Below, one piece after another: positions 57,114-64,000 of a stretch of DNA of 64,000 bases (its first letter is position 1; every line of letters begins with the position of its first letter). The position numbers and the translations under genes are program-made. Source of the stretch: Spongospora subterranea f. sp. subterranea (Eukaryota); the NCBI GenBank assembly GCA_049724395.1, contig JAUGWO010000021.1:1-64000 (forward strand), given 5' to 3'. A model generated the notes under the pieces. That model was not told the DNA's origin. It searched no databases and saw only the letters and a list, made by a program, of their open reading frames with translations.

Positions 57114-59450
57114 TATCCCCTCTACCGCGCGCGGTACAACCGCGCGCGGTTCAACCGCGCGAGATGCTTGGACAATCGCACAATAGGGTACACTATTGAC
57201 TGTGACACAGTCTAATAATGCAAAGATTTATATTGCACTGAGCGAGGATTGCGGATCGCAGTTTAGGGTTGCGGATCGCAGTTTAGAGTTGCGGATCACG
57301 TCATATGCCGAATCGATTCTCTCTTCATCTAGTGTCTTCTGTTTCAGTTCCAACAATGCAATCTTCGAGGTGGGGATTATTTCTACATATAATTAACGGT
57401 TCAATTATCTCTGATGGTTTTTGTTTAGTCAACTATCGCCTAGCACTTATGCTGCCGTCGCTGAGATGGCTGTATGGGAAAGGTGTTTTATTCTAATCGC
57501 ATACTGTTCTTCACCTTAACTCCTCTATAGTGATTCATCAGTAATCGCCGGTGATGTTTATCCATGCGATAGTGCCTCTTTTGATGCGAGGTATATTAAT
57601 AGCTTTGTTGTCTTTATAATGGTTCATTAATTCTTGTACTCAGTCGTTGTCCATCGCAAATTCGCTCGCCCGGTGATGTTTATCCATGCGATAGTGCCTC
57701 TTTTGATGCGAGGTATATCAATAGCTTTGTTGTCTTTATAATGGTTCATTAATTCTTGTACTCAGTCGTTGTCCATCGCAAATTCGCTCGCCCGGTGATG
57801 TTTATCCAGGCGATACATTCATGGTCTACCAGGATCTGCTGTCCAAAATCCAAACTTTTGCGAGGTCACAAAATTTTCACGTCAACCGAAGCCCGCATCG
57901 AATGGATGCTCAGCGGGCAGTGAAATTGTTTGGGGTAGAGTCAATTGTCCAGCGCGGACGGTTTTATTGCAGACACGCTGCTTGTCCGTATCAAGTTTTG
58001 TTCACTGACGATTTTGCCAAAAACGTGTACATCATCAAGGAAAAGGGGTTCCGTCCCACACATTCCCACCCTTTAAACGCGGTCGTCAGTGTGCGAGGGG
58101 TCTCGTTTGCTCAAGTTCAACAAGACCTTACGCCGCAAGAGCTATATCTGATTCAGCAAGCCGGCCCAGCGTTGGGTTTGCCGCAATTGCGGAAGATGAT
58201 GCATCGTTTTTTTGAAAATAGAGAATACTCTCAAAGTCAGCTCCTTCATCGCGTGGTGGCCGAAGCGAAAAGAGAGATTTATGGGTTTTGACCCCGATTC
58301 CATGAACGAATTTATGAAATTTGGGGCGAAACCAATAACCGGATAAATGTGTTTTCCACATAGGATACGACATTTCATTTCAAGAATTGTCAGCGCCATT
58401 ATCCAATTTCCATGCATGGTGCCATACGCTCTGCAGTACGGAATTTAGGTTTCAACTGTCGTTGATGCCACCTTCAACATTTCCTTACAACCTTGTGTCA
58501 CTCCCATTCACTTCCTGATTGCTTAGGCAAGAGCAGATATCTGCAATGTCCCTAGCACCGTCGGAAACCGCTTCTATTATCGAAGAAAGCCTGCAGTTGT
58601 GCAGCCTTGCTGTCCCAGCCGGCTTAAAATTAGACATTGATTGTCTTCCGGGGCAGTCGCGTACTAACTGTTTCGGAAAGCCTCAACATGAAGCACAAAC
58701 TCTGCGTGCATCATTTCTCAAGAGGAATGTTTTCCGCTGCTGCGTCTCTCCCGGAGAAGTTGTCGACAGAGTTCAACAAACTATTGCTCGACTTTGCTCT
58801 ATGAAATTCTCAATCCAGATTCGTTCAATCAGATTGTGGACCATCTGGTAAACCGTTGCAATTGTTTTGAGAAAGCTCTGAACTTGTTAACGAAACTATT
58901 GCAAATTCCTAGAGAATTTGCCCAACGTTTTCTTCCCGAATTTTTTCGGCTGGACACGAGTCCACTCAAAGCTGAATCTAACAACGCAAATCAAGACGTC
59001 TGGCATTGATATCAGAAAGTTTAACTTGTTGGAGCTTGTCAAGCATCGAAGCACTCGTGACTCGGCAAGAACTGGAAGCCTTTCTGAAATTCGAAAAAAT
59101 GTTCTTCAATCGCATCGCTGGAGTTCCTATGTACGACAAATTGTGGACCAACCAGTTGTTGCTTGCGGACCAGTACTGTTCTAGTACACAACGTGCGATT
59201 GCAGGTTCCTGGTTGCATGTCATTGAACATTCCAATGCAATTACCAGTGATCAACATGCAGTTATACTGGACCTTGAAAGTCCGCTTCAAGATCAAAGTG
59301 CGCAGTTTTCTAGATCTTAATTACGGCCATGCTGATGTCAAGAATCAGACTGCATTGGCGGAGTCAACCATTGGAAAATGGTCGACTGTCGCGATCCAAA
59401 TCGAATATCCTCATGCAGATCATTTCAAAGGAACCCTCGTGATCTGAAAT
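57110..59450 (+). pseudogene. Heavily decayed MULE/FAR1-like transposon
   Basis: GC-rich CCGCGCGCGG terminal repeats at 57110-57165; ORF 57821 (IQTFARSQNFHV..FYC..CPYQV..THSH); VVDATFN near 58460. Right boundary not defined. Confidence 0.6.
57548..57808 (+). repeat. 122-bp tandem repeat (69-bp exon + 53-bp intron), about 2.1 copies
   Basis: CCGGTGATGTTTATCCA at 57548, 57670 and 57792; GT..AG intron 57591-57643. Confidence 0.9.
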
Positions 59451-61616
59451 CCAGGCACTGGCATAATTCATCATGAACACTGAAGTCGAATGGCATCATA
59501 CTGCCATTGAGAAATGTTGAATGATGTTTGACATGTGGTCAATGGCATTTTGCGTTTTGCATGCATCATTTTCTTCGGCCACACAATTCATGCTCGATGC
59601 TAGAATGCAATCAAATAGTTGAGATAATGCAAACCAGCAGAGTTGATTTGGAAGGGTCAAGAGCAGACGTTGAACCATGGAATCACTATTGATGCCTCCT
59701 GGTGAACCAATAGCTGCCGCAATCCACTATCTCTAGATCTGTCCACAGACGGTTGACTGGAGTGCCAATACGGTTCATATTGAGCTAAAACGTTGATCGA
59801 CAGTGAACGAATATTCAAGAAATCCGTATGGTCGGAATGCATGGTGATGGTCATGTATCCGATTGGAAATGGTAATATCCGAAAGATCAAATGGCGAGAG
59901 CAATTATGGAACTCAATGAGCTAGAAATGCATAAGCGAAGTTCGAATATACGCAACAGAAAAGTTGCAAGGCATTGCATGAGTGAATGCGATAAGGTGAA
60001 AACTGGAATATTGAAAAGCGAATTTCGGGATTGGCGATTTTACTCCAATAGAGTTATGGCTCCACAGAAATGGAGACATTGTTCCAAATGGAAGTCCAGA
60101 CAATTCAGATTTGGTATTCGTCGTAAAATGCCACCATTCAAACGTATTCCTTTTCTGAGACGAAAGTCAACGTGTGGATTGAGACTCGCAAACTGTTCAT
60201 GTTCAGAACGCAATACTTAACAAAACTAGCCGATGCCTCAGTTTTCATCGACCATTGCAACATTTGATTGCAGCCAAAGGATTCTGAAATCAGATTTGGT
60301 TCCCTGCAATTACGGATTTTGGGATGGCAAGGAACGCATGTATGAAACCAAACTAAAACATAAGCCACTGATCTGACTGCTGCAAGAATACAGACAACTT
60401 GACATCCAGACTTGCGGTCTGAAATAATTGTTCGGACATCGATACAGGGGATCTGCAGATGTTCGAGATGCACAGATTCAGTCGAAATCGTGTTGGACAA
60501 AAGACCCTGCACCATCTTAGATTGCACCATCAGACAGGAACCGATAAAAAAAAAGAGCGATGAAATGTCGAAAAAGCGGAGACCATTCAGGTCGTTCAAT
60601 GCACAGCCATGGGATGTGGTGGCAAACAAAAAAGCTTTGAAGGACGATGATTTCATGGAAATTTCAGCACCACCATGAGCCAATTTTACAGCGCGGCAGC
60701 ATTCGAGCTGATGAAAAGATTCCATGACAAAGGCTGTTCAAAATCTGCAGCATGGCTCAAAATGTTGATCATGTGAAAGATTTGCTGAAACCGAATGGGT
60801 GATTCGCACTTGTCGGCAGTTCAGTGCAAGGAATTCGTTAACCGCTGACATGAAATTAGAACAAGCTTGAAAGGCGGCATTTTCGAAGCGGCAACAACCG
60901 AGCATTGAATGTCTCAATCTGACGAATATTTGCATTTGAGATTCTTACCAATCCTGGCATGATCCGCGCTTTAGGAATGGACCCTTTTGCGATCGAAGAC
61001 ACTATCGTGGGTTTAAGCAGAATTACTCGATGGCCAGATTTAATACAGATTTGCAATTTCGGCCTTTGATAGTCGCGAGGCCAGACAACGAATTCTGCTA
61101 CACATGTAAGTTCAGCTGGTGAGTGGTGGAATTCTATCAGCGAATCGAAGCCTAATTTGCTTCCGATGCCCATCAATCTTGGATGTTAATCACAGATTCA
61201 ATCAGCATCGGCGTGGATACAGAAATAACGAACTAATGGTTTCCTATTGCGGCTTGTTAGATGCAGCCATGATAGCAGTTGAATATTGGTCATACCTTTC
61301 AATATCAGGATCCGAATTGTAGCTGCAATCCACCAATTTGGCAGATTTGCATGCCAACGGTTCATCACTGCTGAAGAGTTGGGCACGATTCTCTCAAGAC
61401 AATCTCGATTGAGAATTGTCTGCAGCAATGCTATCCTAGCAATGCTGGCATTTTACAGGCAGAAAATGGGGTCGAAAAACTGTCTCGTCAGGTTAAATAG
61501 ATTCTTGGTCATTGGCATGTCCGGATACCCGTTTCCAACTTACATTTTGGGCATCATGATGTAATTTCAAATGCACAATTACGGCTAACGCAAATTCACA
61601 AAGCGAAAGCTGAAAG

Positions 61617-62400
61617 TTGGACAGCAGTACCTTCAGGTGCGCACAGTATATTTTCGATTCAGGTAAAATGAGTAACATTCCTTTTCTCAAAGGTTGCAGT
61701 AAACCTCGTAAGCCTCTTCTGCAGCAGACAAGTTTGCACGCCTTCTTTGGCCGCCCATCAATTTTGACAGCGAAAGCCAGTGGCCAACAGTTTGTCTCTA
61801 AAAATGCCCTCGTTTCGCTCGAGATAGAGCTTCAGTGTACTGACTGCAACAAACCAATTCGGCAAGCGGCTCAAGCGCTGATTGCACATCGAAAAACGCA
61901 CTCTATAATGCAAGGTTGCGGACTGCGGACTGATAATGATGATTAGTCCCTGAAAATCAACGAACATGTTTTGGAATTTGGCAACAGATTATGAAGGTGA
62001 GGTCCCGATTAGGAAAAACGCTGAAGCAGAGAACATGCCGTCGGTACAGTTACGCTGACAAAAGTCTGCAGAAATTTTAGAAGAATATAACGATTCTTCA
62101 AAGCTCTGCATTCATAATACAATGAATGCGGGCTGACACCAGATCGCAGCGTGGTAAATGATCAAAGATTGCGCTTTTGCTCCTCGCCACCTCGAAATGG
62201 AGAGGCGATTCAATCGTCCTTGGCTCATTCATTTCAGAAGGTTATGAGGAAGAGTTGGGACGCAGGTGCGAGAACGTCGTGTTAATGGCCTAAAAGCCAA
62301 TTCAACCTGGATCAGGGACCGAGCATGCCAACCAGCTTCCCAAATACAACTCTATTAGGATCATACATGAACATCCAGGACATCTTTGATCTCAAATCTC
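61617..62400 (+). pseudogene. C2H2 finger followed by a possible decayed pogo-like HTH
   Basis: CTDCNKPIRQAAQALIAHRKTH; ERRVNGLKANSTWIRDRA near 62270-62325. Confidence 0.3.
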
Positions 62401-62854
62401 GCGCCATCATGCGAGAATTGATGCACCATCAGATCGACTTGGGTTCAGAATCCGTCAGATGAACCTAATCACAAGAAATTGGCAGCATTGCAAAGCATTT
62501 TTTCGTATGTATATTCAAAGTTTCATCAGAATTTGCTTTATACGGCAATTTTCTCAGTCAGAGAACCTTCAACTTATTTTTTAAAGAATGGGTTTTACAA
62601 GTATTTGATACACAACAAAATCTCAAATCAGAAAAGTTTGGGGAATAATTCGCCTAGAATTTTCGGCTAGAATTCGAAAACGTGATCTGGGAAACATGAC
62701 CATGCGAAAACTTGCCTTTTGCAGGGCTTCAATCCGCGACAAAAAAGATCCTCCATCTATTGCGTGAGTCAAAGGATTGAATTTGAGGGACATAAAAAGA
62801 ATATGGAAATTGAATTTGGATCAGTAGATTCGGAATGAGTGAGGTTCACGCTAG

Positions 62855-64000
62855 GCCAAATTAACAGTTGGCTAGGAACTAAATCACCAAAAAATTTCAT
62901 GCATTCCTCTTTGGAAGGCAAAAACACCATTGCAATTTCCTTGACAGACTCTGGTTGGAGTGTATACTCCAAACGGGGTTACAAAACTTTGACAGTCTAG
63001 ATCACCTTCAACAGGAAACTGCCAGTATCCTTTGAAACAATCCAACGTGAAATAAACAGAAGAGTTGCGTAAGTGACATCCGAAAGACTGTAAGTGAGGC
63101 ATAGGAAAATAGAATTTTACCATTGATTTGTTCGCGGGAACCATATCAATAACCATGCGAGGCTTCTTGAAAGGATCAACAACGAACGCAGGTAGTGCCC
63201 ATGACGGATTATGATTTGCAAAAATTAATCCGCACTTCTCTAATTCAGTAATCCACGATCGCATATAGGAGCGAGCAACCGGAGACAGAATCCTTGCGTT
63301 TGCCAATAACGGGGCAGCATCAGGGAGTTGCTTCAATAGCAGAGGCGTAACATTAACAGGGGGGTCAGAACAAAGCGAAATTCGGAAAACATCAACGAAT
63401 TCAGAGAGTATCATGCGAAGCTCAGACAGAAACCACGGCGGATGGATCGAGAGCCGAGCAGTCATTTAACCGTTCCTCCAGTGTAGCTCTTATATCACCC
63501 AGGGAGTTTTTTCCTGGAGATGGTGCCTCCTCGGAAACATGGTCAACGAAATATTCCTGATCCGGAGGTTTCTCATCCACAGAATGGGTTGCCATCAGAC
63601 AAATCAGCGCGTCGACATCAATGCCCAAGCGTCGCAAAAAAGGTCTTCCAAGCAGAACTTCCGACATAGGAATGTCAGCAACATAGATCTGGTGGCGCCT
63701 GAGGGTAACGTTTCCGGCCTCCGTTTCCAGGGAAACATCGAAAAGTACATAGCTGGAGCAGGTGGCCTCCTGATCGTTCGCCATTCGAAAAGTGATTGGC
63801 TCTATGGGAATAGCCAAATTGGGGAAGTTGATATAAAACTCTTTACTCATTACGGAAAAATCCGCACCATCATCTATTGTTATGGGAACGACGGCTTTTG
63901 CTGAGCCTACCGACAGAACGGCCGTTCTTAAAGTACGTTGAGAGGAAATTTCGGTCACGTTTTCAGATTGAACATGCGAAATTTCAATTTCAGGTGGAGA
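62855..64000 (-). mobile_element. Second, inverted copy of the 51348-54805 Gypsy (protease-RT part; continues beyond window)
   Basis: Near-identical reverse complement of about 52815-53948. Confidence 0.95.

Noticed and set aside
1..64000. tRNA, rRNA, telomeric repeats, or prokaryotic systems (retrons, DGRs, restriction-modification)
   Set aside because: None recognisable by eye; all RT motifs belong to Gypsy, Copia or LINE elements. A tRNAscan/Infernal run would be needed to exclude small RNAs formally.

Overview
Eukaryotic, transposon-saturated DNA with short (about 47-58 bp) GT-AG introns. The intron sizes, oomycete/fungal-like transposon families and secreted ankyrin genes suggest a plasmodiophorid-like protist, but that is inference only. 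Most of the window is nested, often decayed mobile DNA: two copies of a non-autonomous hAT, one near-intact MULE plus MULE relics, two DD39D mariners, several pogo/Tigger elements, several Ty3/Gypsy chromoviruses, a Copia, two LINE lineages, a SINE-like insert, a divergent piggyBac-like relic and Harbinger-like accessory genes. The only clear host genes are two paralogous, divergently oriented signal-peptide + ankyrin-repeat genes (15571-19953 minus, 30831-33810 plus), which the ORF track misses. Both are built from a tandemly repeated five-exon module; in the gene I spliced end to end (30831-33810) the repeat exons are all phase-2 symmetric. Best candidates for novelty: (1) a TIR/TSD-complete DD35D pogo carrying a second, convergent, intact ORF with a HIRAN-like/Zn motif; (2) a LINE with an OTU-like protease upstream of APE-RT; (3) the exon-cassette architecture of the ankyrin genes; (4) a Tigger transposase with a spliced PHD-like finger; (5) a RAG1/Transib-like transposase fragment; (6) recurrent fold-back junctions that may be biological or amplification artefacts. 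All domain calls are by eye from motifs; no searches were run.
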